A stretch of 63,997 bases of DNA, the filler included, from Stramenopiles sp. TOSAG23-3 (Eukaryota), in NCBI GenBank assembly GCA_900128585.1. It is 14 parts of 14 records of this genome, joined end to end, with 100 filler letters (N's around TTAATTAATTAA, not from the genome) between each part and the next. Parts side by side here need not be neighbours in the genome. Positions count along the whole stretch, not along the records: positions 9,222 to 13,730 come from LT643802.1; positions 13,831 to 18,338 come from LT643803.1; positions 18,439 to 22,944 come from LT643804.1; 11 more parts are not named here. One strand, given 5' to 3'. Of this stretch, positions 10,756-21,784 are shown in pieces. Positions within the stretch are counted from its first letter, which is position 1. Every line of letters starts with the position of its first letter. The notes beneath the pieces are model-generated. The model was not told the origin of the DNA. It worked only from the letters and a program-made list of their open reading frames with translations, and did no database searches. Both the position numbers and the translations under genes were made by a program.

Positions 10756-12543
10756 ATGGAAGAAGAAATGGCTTTCGAGTGGACGGACGGGGAACAGCGG
10801 TTCCTGCGGGTCTTCTTGGGTAAAATTTTGAAGCGGCCTTACGCCGCAGCATGGAACACGTGGGCCGAAGTGGTTGAGTCCCAGCGGCTGTACGAAGAAA
10901 TGCAGCGCAAAAAGAAGATAGTAAGGCGCATGACAAAAAATTTAGACAAGCAACCTCCTGGAGAACGAGACAGAAAAGGCCTGGATGCAATTTATGACTG
11001 GGCGTTAAATGTTCATGGGGATATATTTAAAAAGCTAAATGAGAGTGAACTGAAAGTGGCATGTATGAACATGGAACTGCAGCGGTTCAAAAAACACGAA
11101 GTTTTGTTTCTGCAAGGGAATCCTGGGGTGAAGTACCTGATCATAGTGAATGGTGCCGTATCGATCCGCATAGACAACGATTTAGAGAACACGCAAAGAA
11201 AACTGCAGATTCTGAAGGTAAAGGGCAAAGAGTACATTACCAGAATGGTGTCGGAAAACCCAGGGTTTTTGGGGGTGGAAGTGGCTGAGTTGCCGCAAGG
11301 GAAAGGTTTTGGGGAAGTTGCCCTGTTTGCTGGAGACGGCCTGCGCACTGCATCTGCGTCTGCTGCCGAGGACTGCCTGATCATATACATTCCGAAACAC
11401 ATTTACATGGACACTTTGAAGAGCTACCACATGACCGCATGGGAAATGAAAAATAAAATTGACTTTTTGTCATCGCTCGAGATATTTGCAGAGTGGCCCT
11501 CGAGGCGAGTAGCTGACTTGTCGTACCTGATCGAAAAAGTGTCTTATGCGAAAAATGCGTCTTTGTTGGAGCAAGGAAGGGCTCCCGAGGGAGTCTGGTT
11601 TTTGGTAAATGGCGAAGTCAAAGTGCTGTACCACTACTCGGCCGACAAGCTTCGGCAGTACATTGAGAACGACCAAGCCGGTGAAAGCCGGGCAAAAGCT
11701 ATACAAATACAATACAAACAGCGCAAGGCCTTGAGTCGCTCGCTTCGAAAGCGAACGTTGAGGATGCCGAAAAAGTATTTTTCACTGAAAAATTCAAAAG
11801 CGCCTTACCGGGAGCTTGCGATTCTGGGGGGGAAATCGATCGTCGGTTCGCAATTGTTTACTTCAAAGGCTGGCGCCTCAACGGATGCGGGCGACGGGAA
11901 AGACGGGGCAAAACGGGAAGGCGTGGGGTCGCCGTATACCGTGGTAGTAACGAAAGCCGTCGATGCGTACTTTTTGCCTCGATCCAACCTGAACGCTTTC
12001 AGAATGCGCTCGAAAGGGACGCGATCCGCCGCGGCCTTTGGGCAGCTATTTCGACGACGCTACGGGGAGTACCAGAGAAGGCTGGGAGGCGCGCTATCTA
12101 CTTCGATTTTCGCCCCGCGTGCGAGCGCGTTCAAAATTCCTTTCACTACAGACAATACAGATTCAACTGGGCCCAAGCAGAAACCAGGAAGTGGGATCAT
12201 TTACCAACCGCCAGATAGCAGCACGTCGGAAGACATATTCAAACCTCCAGACGAGCTTGCCGAGTGGCACATGACCCACGGAGATGGGAAGGCCAGGCTA
12301 AATTTGCAAGACGACAGGTACAAAGCGAGGACGTTCCAGTCCGCCGTGGACCCTCAATCTCGTCAGAAATGGGAGAAATCGAAAAACAATATCGCCCCGC
12401 TGAAAAGTAAGTACGTCGTCCGAAAACACCGCGGAAACTCACAAGCTAGCTTCTCCCGTCGCAGTTTGGCCCTGGACAGAGCGCTGGACAACGAGCTGGA
12501 GAGACACCTGGTGCAAGAACGGCAAAGGCTCGGGGTGGAGTAA
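10756..12543 (+). CDS. Protein with two cyclic-nucleotide-binding (cNMP) domains, CNBD2-like
   Basis: LFLQGNPG..YLIIVNGAVSI, GKGFGEVALF...LRTASA; second domain LLEQGRAPEGVWFLVNGEVKV. First ATG at 10756. Confidence 0.85.
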   Translation: MEEEMAFEWTDGEQRFLRVFLGKILKRPYAAAWNTWAEVVESQRLYEEMQRKKKIVRRMTKNLDKQPPGERDRKGLDAIYDWALNVHGDIFKKLNESELKVACMNMELQRFKKHEVLFLQGNPGVKYLIIVNGAVSIRIDNDLENTQRKLQILKVKGKEYITRMVSENPGFLGVEVAELPQGKGFGEVALFAGDGLRTASASAAEDCLIIYIPKHIYMDTLKSYHMTAWEMKNKIDFLSSLEIFAEWPSRRVADLSYLIEKVSYAKNASLLEQGRAPEGVWFLVNGEVKVLYHYSADKLRQYIENDQAGESRAKAIQIQYKQRKALSRSLRKRTLRMPKKYFSLKNSKAPYRELAILGGKSIVGSQLFTSKAGASTDAGDGKDGAKREGVGSPYTVVVTKAVDAYFLPRSNLNAFRMRSKGTRSAAAFGQLFRRRYGEYQRRLGGALSTSIFAPRASAFKIPFTTDNTDSTGPKQKPGSGIIYQPPDSSTSEDIFKPPDELAEWHMTHGDGKARLNLQDDRYKARTFQSAVDPQSRQKWEKSKNNIAPLKSKYVVRKHRGNSQASFSRRSLALDRALDNELERHLVQERQRLGVE

Positions 12544-12719
12544 GTATTTTCTCTGCTTTAAACTTAAATAACAGCCAATTTTTTGTTTTTTAAAATACTG
12601 CTAAATTTAATTATTTAAATAACAGCCAATTTTCTTGTTTTTAAAAATACATATCTAAAATAACAACAGCCATTATTTCGTTTTTAAGCCCTCCTCAGAT
12701 ATCTTATGATGAATTTAAG

Positions 12720-13637
12720 TTAAACACTCGGCATCCCGCCAAGTCGGTCACCTGTGCGCCACCGGATATGCTTATCTTGGTCCCACACTCCACTTCGCCA
12801 CTTTCCGTTAGCCCATCTAAAGTTTCCCTCTCCGTGCTTTTTATTGCGCTCCCAGTGACCAGAGTACTTCTCTCCTGCCTCGTTGACTTCGTTTCCTTTT
12901 CCGTGGCGTGTGCCTTTTAAAAAATTTCCAGTGTACATTGTGCCAGCTTTGGCAGAGGTATAAACCCCGTACCCATCCATAAAACCATTCCTCCAGTTTC
13001 CATCGTATGTGTCCCCTCGAAACCACGTGAATTTACCCCGTCCATTTTTTACCCCGTTTTCAAACAGTCCCTCATAGACCCCAGAGGAAGTATACAGCTT
13101 TCCGAAGCCATGAAACTTGTCCTTCGAAAACTTGCCCAAATACTTTGAGCCGTTTGGAAAGTGTTCTTTCCCTTCACCGTCCTTCAAACTTCGCTTCCAT
13201 TCCCCAACGTACGAGTACTTCCCATTTTGACAGCGTAACGTCCCCTTGCCGTGTCTAAACCCATCTAAAAAGTCCCCGTCGTACATGTCCCCGTTCACGT
13301 ACGTTAGTGTACCGGAGCCCTCCCTAACATTCTCGACAAAGGATCCTTCGTATTTTCCTTCGAAAATGTTTATTTTTTTCTCCTTTTTCTTCCTCAGCCT
13401 GGTCTTTCTTTTCTTCTTTTTCTTGTTCGATGATTTCGGTGATTTTGGGGAGTTTGGAGATGATTTGGGCGATTGAATGGGTGATGATGGTGCTGAACCA
13501 ACTTCATCTCCATCCGTACGTTCTTTTGTCTCTTCGACAGTAATCTCCTGTTTTGTTTCTACTCCCTTCGATCCTTCATCATCTTGGGAAAAAGAAACTT
13601 TTCGACCCTTTGCCGTGTCTTCTGGAACTGCTTCCAT
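12720..13637 (-). CDS. MORN-repeat protein
   Basis: About 8 repeats of Y.G.F/W..G.RHG.G.... Confidence 0.92.
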   Translation of the reverse strand: MEAVPEDTAKGRKVSFSQDDEGSKGVETKQEITVEETKERTDGDEVGSAPSSPIQSPKSSPNSPKSPKSSNKKKKKRKTRLRKKKEKKINIFEGKYEGSFVENVREGSGTLTYVNGDMYDGDFLDGFRHGKGTLRCQNGKYSYVGEWKRSLKDGEGKEHFPNGSKYLGKFSKDKFHGFGKLYTSSGVYEGLFENGVKNGRGKFTWFRGDTYDGNWRNGFMDGYGVYTSAKAGTMYTGNFLKGTRHGKGNEVNEAGEKYSGHWERNKKHGEGNFRWANGKWRSGVWDQDKHIRWRTGDRLGGMPSV

Positions 13638-14635
13638 AGTGCATTCAATTTTGGTGCTCCAATCGTCGTCAAATCAAATCGTCGTTTCACAATCTTGAAC
13701 GTTCAATTTTATATGTAACGAACGCATAAANNNNNNNNNNNNNNNNNNNNNNNNNNNNNNNNNNNNNNNNNNNNTTAATTAATTAANNNNNNNNNNNNNN
13801 NNNNNNNNNNNNNNNNNNNNNNNNNNNNNNAATCTGTAGCCTGAGTCCCCGCCAGAAATATTACTTGTACCCACTCTTATTTTATTACATTCTCTTCGGT
13901 ACATAATACTATACTGTGTTATATCCGATTTTGTGTCCAGAAATACTTGACAACTAGAGACGACTATATTACGAGTAGCACGATTACATAAGATAACATT
14001 CTCCAACTATTTGTAACGTAAGTGGAACTTCTGGAACGGATGACCCTGCTGCTTTAAGGGGGGGTCCCTGGTCGCTCGAAATATGCGGCGTTTGTGGTTT
14101 TAAGGAACATATTAGTAATATTATTTTATATACTAATGAATAGGAATATGTTGTACTTGTTGATTTGGTTAATGTAAACATCCCCATTAATCTCTAGTAA
14201 AGCGCTGTAATGAGAAGATTTGAGAAATGATTGTTGAGATTGCAATTTTAAGGAAATAAGGAGTTCTACCGACTACTAAATTAGTACCTCTCATTGTGTC
14301 TTGTTACTCCAATTACTCAATTTCACTTTCTATTACATCTAAAATAAGTAAAAAATAAATTTCCCACCAGGCCAGGGATTAACAACATCTTATTCTCATT
14401 TCTATTTTCTGTTGTTGTGTGACGAAATGATGTTAATTTTGATCTTTACAATATTTAATCTCCATATGTACATTGATATGGTTTTCTTTTATTATATAGA
14501 TCATCTAAATATGGACTGTACATTTTCTGTAATTTTACAGTATTTTTTATTTACAGATTTATCTTGTCTTCATTTTTTCTGTTGTTGGTATTCGTCCGTG
14601 ACTGTACATTTAATTGTTTTTTTTCTTCATTGAAA

Positions 14636-15441
14636 AAAGGTGGAGACCCCCTTATAAAATTGGGCGATAGTCTAAATACAATATTGACCTATATGATACG
14701 CCCTAAAAATATACTTAAATTTGTTTTGGTCGGGTGGACGACCCAAAATATTTGGGTCAATAACTCCAGCGTCAAAAATACCTTCCGATCCTCAACGATT
14801 GCTGTTGTATCATTTGTACCCGTACCCAAGAAGTCCTCGAAAGTGACCACCCAAAAATAGTATTTCTGCTATAAGGATATGGTACGGTTTTCGAAGCAAC
14901 TGTTTTAAAGCGCATCCTAATTGAAAATTCCAACGGGAACTTGTTTGTACCGTAGGGGAAAAGTTTGTGCATGCAGAACATTATTGGAAAACTAGAAGCG
15001 CCAGTAACGTTATCGATCTTGTTAAATTGCTAAAACGAGGGCTTAACACCGCCATTTTCAAAGATTTCGACGACACTTCGCCGTTTACCGTCCGTTAGTC
15101 GTCTCTACTCGCAAAGTTTTCCCCCACCATAGTACAACCAAGTTCCCGTTGGAATTTTTTAATTTGGATGCGATTTAAAAAAAAGAAAAACGATTGTACT
15201 ATTTATAGTTTTTTGTAACATATTTTACCCTTTTCAGCGTCCGTATATCCACTGCAGTCAGCCAATTAAATTATATATACATTTAGGGTTTTTCTGATAC
15301 TACGATATATGTATTATTTCCTCTATCAAGAAGTTTTCAGCATTTAGTGTCGTACTTAATTTATTAGTGGCATACTTAATTTTATTTTTTGTATATTAAA
15401 TTGATAGGCATTTTCTTGATATCTTTTTTGTCTCCACCTTT
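14636..15441. mobile_element. Degenerate foldback/MITE-like element
   Basis: About 65-bp inverted arms at 14903-14966 and 15112-15180; outer 12-bp inverted repeat AAAGGTGGAGAC at 14636 / GTCTCCACCTTT at 15430; no long ORF. Confidence 0.55.
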
Positions 15442-16166
15442 AAACCTTAATCTCTCTGTTCATTTTGTGTTGTAAATCTCCCTCGTCCGAATTTCTGTTA
15501 CAGCAGACCTTCCCCCTCTAAAGTTTATATATAATACCTTAATTCATGAAATCTTTTTATCTACTATAAAATACTAATTATTCCTTATTTCGAACTACAA
15601 ATCCCTTTTCTCTTTTTTCTTCTACAGGAGGAATTAGCAAATAAATCGGAATATATTAGTGACCTAAATATATGTACTAAACGAGTAGTTTGAAAAAACT
15701 TAAAAGTTTTTTCGTCATCAGTTTATTTTGCGTAAGACTAACTCCCTGTTAGTTTTTTAGCTACTTAAACAAAGCCACCTCCTATATAATAGAGTTGATA
15801 ATAGGTTAATTAAAAGTATTAATCACAACAACCGTAAAATCAGGAGGAATTCTCGTCCGAACTGGGAAGGCCGTACCGTACCGTACCGGTCGTCGAGTAT
15901 TAAAATCATTTAATGGCACGATAGGTCTTCTGCGGTATAATAGAAGACAATAACTGACAGAAAAAATAATTGCCAAAGAAGACGTGGCGTACCATTGGTA
16001 ACTTGTACCAAAGTGACGGAGATCCTGTAAACCGGACCCAGTCTATGGTTAATCCATCTGAGTGAACATAATTTTAAAATTGACATACTACAATTTTCGA
16101 AGTGCGACAAAGTTTTGCATAAAAACTAAATAGGAATAGCTGCCTCTAGGTTATTACTTTAACGTT

Positions 16167-17144
16167 ATGACCAGTTTCCCCCCGAAACCAAAACCTCCTC
16201 ATAATGCTTTTATGTTGTTTTGTGATCGGTACCGCGAGGACGTAAAAGCGCAGATAATTGCCTCAAACAGCACATCGAACAAAAGGTCTATCGCACCTCC
16301 AAAAGATGTTGCTCGTCGTTTGGGTGAACGATGGCGGAGTGCTGAGAAAGGAAACAAAAAAGAATTTGTTGACCGTTTTAATGACGCATACACCAAGTAC
16401 AAGACAGAACTTCAGAAGTGGAAAAATAATAGAGAAGAAGCTTTCCCCTCTATACAGCGCAACAGATTTGAAAAAAACGCCAACAAAAAAAACCGTAGAT
16501 CTATCGATCCCAACAAACCAAAGCCTCCGCAGAACCCTTTCATGAGGTTCTGTAACAAGTATAGGGACACCGTGAGGGACCAAATTTTGGCAGAGAGCAC
16601 CGAGTCTCGTAAGGTTGCTCCGCCGAAAGAGGTTGCGAGGAGGCTAGGAGAACGCTGGAGAAATGCTGAAACATCTGAAAAATTAATTTTTCAGAATTCG
16701 TTTTCAGAGGAATATCATGTGTACCGGAAAGCTCTTGACCAGTACAAAAAGAAGAATCGCAATAGTATGCCACAGCTGGGAGTGCGCAAGCGAAATGATG
16801 AGTCAGACGACAAAATAGGTCGAGGTCGCAAAAAGCGTCCATACCGAACAGACCCGAATAAGCCAAGACCTCCGCACAACGCATTCATGCTATTCTGCGA
16901 CCGGTTTCGGGAAGATGTTAAAAAAGAAGTTTTAGATGAACAAAAAGGGAAGAATTGCAATCAAAGTGCAGTAGCTCCACCCAAAGAAGTTGCTCGGAGG
17001 CTCGGGAAGCGTTGGAGAGAGGCTGATCCTGATAAAAAACAGGAATTTTTGAATGCTTTCAAGTGTGAATACGACCGCTACAGAAAACGACTCATGGACT
17101 ACACAAAGTCTACGAGAGTGGCAATAAGCTCTGCCGCTTTTTAA
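16167..17144 (+). CDS. Protein with three HMG boxes
   Basis: Three copies of PK.P.NAFMLFC..YR..V.....PPKEVARRLGERWR. Confidence 0.93.
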   Translation: MTSFPPKPKPPHNAFMLFCDRYREDVKAQIIASNSTSNKRSIAPPKDVARRLGERWRSAEKGNKKEFVDRFNDAYTKYKTELQKWKNNREEAFPSIQRNRFEKNANKKNRRSIDPNKPKPPQNPFMRFCNKYRDTVRDQILAESTESRKVAPPKEVARRLGERWRNAETSEKLIFQNSFSEEYHVYRKALDQYKKKNRNSMPQLGVRKRNDESDDKIGRGRKKRPYRTDPNKPRPPHNAFMLFCDRFREDVKKEVLDEQKGKNCNQSAVAPPKEVARRLGKRWREADPDKKQEFLNAFKCEYDRYRKRLMDYTKSTRVAISSAAF

Positions 17145-18264
17145 GTCTTCTTCTGTCTCTATTTTTGTAAAGAAGAAATGAATAAAAGAGTGGTGATAAA
17201 ATGCTACTAATGAATGCTTATCCTGTATTTCGTATTATTTGTCCAAGAGCTGGCATTTTATAAACGTACCAATCCTTAATGTGATGAAGCTTGGAGGCTT
17301 AAAATTCGCGAAGACGTAGGGATCGAAAGTTTGAGTATAGTAGTAAGCCAGCGAATCATACTACCACATCTCATTCCTTTTTGAAACTAGAATTTGAAAT
17401 CACGTCTCTCTCATTCGAGAAAATAAGGGATAGAATGGTAATAAATAATTACGAAGCAACAGGGAGGGAATTGAGTTTTGGAGTGGGTGGACGGGGGGGT
17501 ACGGTGGCTCACCCACGACAAGAATTGTTTTTTTATCAGAAGTCCCCAATCTTTGATTAATTCAGTGAAATCTTTGATTTATTTTTGATTCATTTAGCGG
17601 AGTAGGTGGGCCATTTGTCCACCCATTCGTAATTTATTCCTACCTTGCGAAGTAAGAAATTATGTTTAATTGGCGGCGACTGTATTTTAGATTGGAAATT
17701 GGTATGATAGTCATGTTTTCAATGATATAGTAGATTCGCAAATTAGTGAAAGTATGCGCTTTCTACCGATTACGAGGAAGTTGATTCCGGCGAGGGGGAT
17801 ATCAGGAGTAAAGTGCAGAACAGAACGGTCAAATGGGACGATTCGGATCCAGAGGCTGTGTCTAATTGTACGACCCGACAGGGTCAAAGGCCGGGAAAGG
17901 GTGGAGATCTTAGAATCTAGTTCATAATTCTTATTAAATTTTGTTTTGAGTAATTTGGTGAATTCCCATGTACATTGAATGAACGAAGTGAATTTTAACA
18001 GTATCAAGGAACACAAAGGAGTTGCTGTGTTCGAGTACTAGTACGACCAGGTACCGGTACCTGGTACCTGGTACCGGGTATAAATACCAGGTGTACCGAC
18101 CTGGTATAATATTAAATCCCTGGTACCCAGGTACGGTAGCAATTGCGCCTTTGCTGATAATACTACACTGTATTAAAGTACAATTACGCATTTCGTCTAT
18201 TCCAAAATGGAAATCTCAAAATCACTGCTCAATTGTAATTAAGCTTTTGTTCCTTAAAATATAT

Positions 18265-18338
18265 TAGAGAGCTGACAACGAACGTTTGCTGAACACGCAT
18301 TCATAGGAAATACCGAACCACTTTATAAGTATAAACTA
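18265..18338. repeat. Dispersed repeat at contig end; second copy in opposite orientation at 46064-46140
   Basis: TAGAGAGCTGACAACGAACGTTTGC...CTTTATAAGTATAAA, 7 mismatches over 71 nt. Confidence 0.85.
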
Positions 18339-19101
18339 NNNNNNNNNNNNNNNNNNNNNNNNNNNNNNNNNNNNNNNNNNNNTTAATTAATTAANNNNNN
18401 NNNNNNNNNNNNNNNNNNNNNNNNNNNNNNNNNNNNNNCCGGAGGGTCTTCCGTGTGGAGGGAGGCGTGGCGCCGGTGGCCATGGCGGCGGCGCTGGAGA
18501 GGTGCTTGGAGCTCAACTTCAACAACAGCTGGGCGGAAAAACCTTTGCTCAAAGGAGAACTTCGTTATCGTGTCTTTCCTTTCTTCTTTTTCCTGGACCC
18601 TTTTCTATTTCATTTCTTTTTTTTATATAGTGTAACTAAACTTTTGAATATAAAATTAAAATTTGTTCTTCTTCTTTTTCTTCTCAAATTCAACTTCTTC
18701 TCTTCTCTTCTTTTTTTTTTAGCGATTTATATGGTTTAAGGAATATCAAACATAATTAAAGTATTTTATATTAACAACAGGAAGATAGGGAGGCAATATA
18801 TTTCAAAAGAAGTTAGAGAGAAAAGTGAAGGAAGAAACAAAGCCAAAACCAAAGAACCAAAAAAATCAAAAAAACAAAGGAAACAAAGGAACCGTTTTGA
18901 TGAAAATGGAAAGGTTTTATTAATTTATGAATAGGAATTTTAACATGTTTTAAATATCAAATGTAAAAGTTGTATGTACGCTTATCTAGTGGATAATTTC
19001 TACATGCATTGGCTTCACCAGGGCAGGGCACTAACGACCCCTCCCGTGCCGTGCGTCTGTTACACCGAAACGAACCAAGCCGAGTGCGCACATTCCCCCC
19101 T

Positions 19102-19617
19102 TTACCGTCTGCTTGGCTTCTGGTACTTGGGGTCCAAGGGGCAGAAGGGTTCTCGGTCGTACAAGTTTTGCATCCAACTGCACACGGCGTGGGCTGGGCA
19201 TGGTTTGACCCATTCCCATTGGTCGTTTGCCCCCTTTCGTTGGCATCCGTAATTGACCCAGTAGACTTGATTTTCCAGCCACCACATCATGCTAATCAAC
19301 GCGCTGACGCACGTTTGTTGGTACGCCGGGTCCTTGAGGCCACGGCATAAAAACGGTTGGTGCATTTGCTTGTTTTCGACTACATATACACATACTTCGC
19401 ACCCACCCGCTGCTTTGACTCCAGCCTTCGAGGAAACTTCAAGGAAGGACGATGCACTAGTAATTCCACGCAACGCTGGCTCCGACTTTCCATACTTCGC
19501 CATCAACTCTTTGAAGGAAGGCGTCGCCACGGGAGTTGTCCCCTGCGTGTCGGCTAGTCCGAACGCGCAGGTCGCAATGCTCAAGAAAAGTGCCAAACCA
19601 ATGACCAAACGATTCAT
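19102..19617 (-). CDS. Secreted saposin-like (SapB-type Cys pattern) protein
   Basis: Signal peptide MNRLVIGLALFLSIATCAFG; CEVC...LC...TC...PAHAVC...FC. The upstream part of the track ORF is AT-rich repeat, probably non-coding. Confidence 0.65.
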   Translation of the reverse strand: MNRLVIGLALFLSIATCAFGLADTQGTTPVATPSFKELMAKYGKSEPALRGITSASSFLEVSSKAGVKAAGGCEVCVYVVENKQMHQPFLCRGLKDPAYQQTCVSALISMMWWLENQVYWVNYGCQRKGANDQWEWVKPCPAHAVCSWMQNLYDREPFCPLDPKYQKPSRR

Positions 19618-19910
19618 ATTTCTAACACGAACGTATTGATGACTATACACTTGTACTATTAAGAACACAAGCAGAACGAAAGGAACAAACTCTTTCAACC
19701 TGTCTTCGTTCCGTTTCGTTTTCTTTCCTTCCATTCTCTCTTTCCGTTGCGATTCCTTTCCTCGTTGACTCGAATGGTTTGTTTGATGAACTGTTGTTAA
19801 ATTGGTTAATTTAATTCTACTTTTTTTTTTAAACATACAGGTACATAGAAGGGAAGAAAGTCTAAAAAAAAAATAAAAAAGTCCATTAAACAAAATCCAA
19901 TGAACAATAA

Positions 19911-20022
19911 CATAGAAATACCATAGGATAATAATAAATACAATATAATGAACAACATAACATAGAAATACCATAGGATAATAATAAATACAATAGAAAT
20001 ACCATAGGATAATAATACAATA
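19911..20022. repeat. Three copies of ATAGAAATACCATAGGATAATAATA
   Basis: Direct reading. Confidence 0.85.
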
Positions 20023-20776
20023 CTATTCGTATGTAATCCACTGCTAGCTTTTCTTTTCTTCAAATACTTAAAACATCGCTAAGTCGCTAAGCTCTTAACT
20101 CCAAATCCCCCCCTTCTTTCTTCCAGTTTTTAAAATGAAAGAGAAGGAAAAGACACCTCATTTTTAAATAGGATAAATGGGGATATTAGAATACAAAAAG
20201 GGTGATATAAGTATACGATTTGTTGATTATAGTATTGAATAGGAAAGCATTGTATTGTTAATGGAACATATAAGTATAGTTTTGTATTAATTTTATGGTA
20301 TCATTTGTATACTGTGATTATGTTTCTATGTACAATGGTATATGGTTGTATATACAGTAGGACTTAAAATTACTTCTTCTTTAAATATTCATAAATATCA
20401 TTAAGTATCTTAGTTTTTTTACACAAGAGCCTATATGCATAGCTGTTAAAACAGATCATTCTCGTTAAAATGCGACACGAAACTTTACAAGAAAGAATTT
20501 TTAAATTAACAGCGCCATCATTAATGCATCATCCATATAAATCCTTTCTTTGTTTTTTATAAAAACCTTTTAATTTTTTCATTTTTTAGGAAGACGAGGT
20601 GGACGCCGCCGAAAGAAACATTCCAAGTGTCAGGGGTGGTTTTTTTTTTATCATTAACATACCTTTTTGCTTCTGTCAAAATGCTTTGTTGATTCAAACA
20701 AACGTTCGTACCAAGAATAAGTCAAACGATTTGAGATTAAATATTGTTTATGTAATTTATTGGTCACCGTGTATCA

Positions 20777-21784
20777 TCACAGCAAATCATCGATTTCCAG
20801 TTCCTGTTCCAACGCTTTGTAATCGTTGGAACCACCGGGAGTGGCCGCGTTCGCCTGTTCAGCACGGGCCGCGGGGTGGGGGGTGGGCGTGAGACGTGGT
20901 GGTGGTCCTTGCCCTACTGCTGGGCCGGCTCCCTCCCCCCGCCCCGGGTTCGTTGTCGACGCAATTTTTGCACTGGTGACGTCCACGTCGTCGTACTTGT
21001 GAAGCAGGCGCCGCCACACCTTTACAATTCCATCGAACGCTCGCTTGCTGTACTTCTTCTTTGGATCCGGGGTCCGTGGACAATCTTTCCCGCGATCCTT
21101 TCGCTTCACCGTGGCAGTATAATTCGCATACCCGACCGTATCCTTCCCAAAATTAATCTGCTTTTGACGTTGGGCAATTTTTTTCATGTCAATCTCCTCT
21201 TGTTGGTCCAAGAACTCACGGGTATCCCCTCGCTTTGACGTGACTTGAAATTTTTCGTATCCTCCAGGGAGGATGACCCGTTTCCGTTTCTTCTCTCCTA
21301 AACTGGGCCGTTTCCCGCCACGTTCCGTGGGACGGTTGCGGGTGCGATCCCCCAGGCGGCTGCGGGATTGATCCATGCGGTTGTGACCGTGATCTGGGCG
21401 ATTACGCCGGTCCGTGTGCTCTCCTGCCCTCTCCTGCCCAACCGTCTGCCCCTGGGGGCGCTTCCGCTCCCGCTGGGCGCTCCACGTGCTTGCTTGCCCC
21501 CCGTGGTAATGCCCGTACCCGTGCATGTTCGTCGACGCCGCGGGCCGGCCCCCCGGTGCGTTGTACGGCGCGAGGGAAGGGACGTTCGGGTGGTACTGCT
21601 GGCGGTACGAAAGTCCCTGATGCTTAATTTTTTGGTATTTACAATTTTTTTCGTTTCGTAGGAGCATTGGTTGTCTCGTCGCATGGCAAAACCGGCCGTT
21701 TGAGTGGTTCGAACGGTAACGCACTGAGTTGGATTCGGACGACGGAGGCGGGTACGCCGAAGTGTCGTAGTGCGCACGTTTCAT
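20777..21784 (-). CDS. SLBP: Histone mRNA stem-loop binding protein
   Basis: QRQKQINFGKDTVGYANY...PRTPD..KYSKRAFDGIVKVWRRLLHKYD is the SLBP RNA-binding domain; possible in-frame intron near 21620-21725. Confidence 0.9.
   Translation of the reverse strand: MKRAHYDTSAYPPPSSESNSVRYRSNHSNGRFCHATRQPMLLRNEKNCKYQKIKHQGLSYRQQYHPNVPSLAPYNAPGGRPAASTNMHGYGHYHGGQASTWSAQRERKRPQGQTVGQERAGEHTDRRNRPDHGHNRMDQSRSRLGDRTRNRPTERGGKRPSLGEKKRKRVILPGGYEKFQVTSKRGDTREFLDQQEEIDMKKIAQRQKQINFGKDTVGYANYTATVKRKDRGKDCPRTPDPKKKYSKRAFDGIVKVWRRLLHKYDDVDVTSAKIASTTNPGRGEGAGPAVGQGPPPRLTPTPHPAARAEQANAATPGGSNDYKALEQELEIDDLL

Noticed and set aside
17440-17920. Weak inverted match (GAGTGGGTGGAC / GTCCACCCATTC) and a GC-richer non-coding patch, possible ncRNA
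   Set aside because: Short, gapped pairing with no recognisable tRNA, snRNA or snoRNA motifs; cannot be supported by eye
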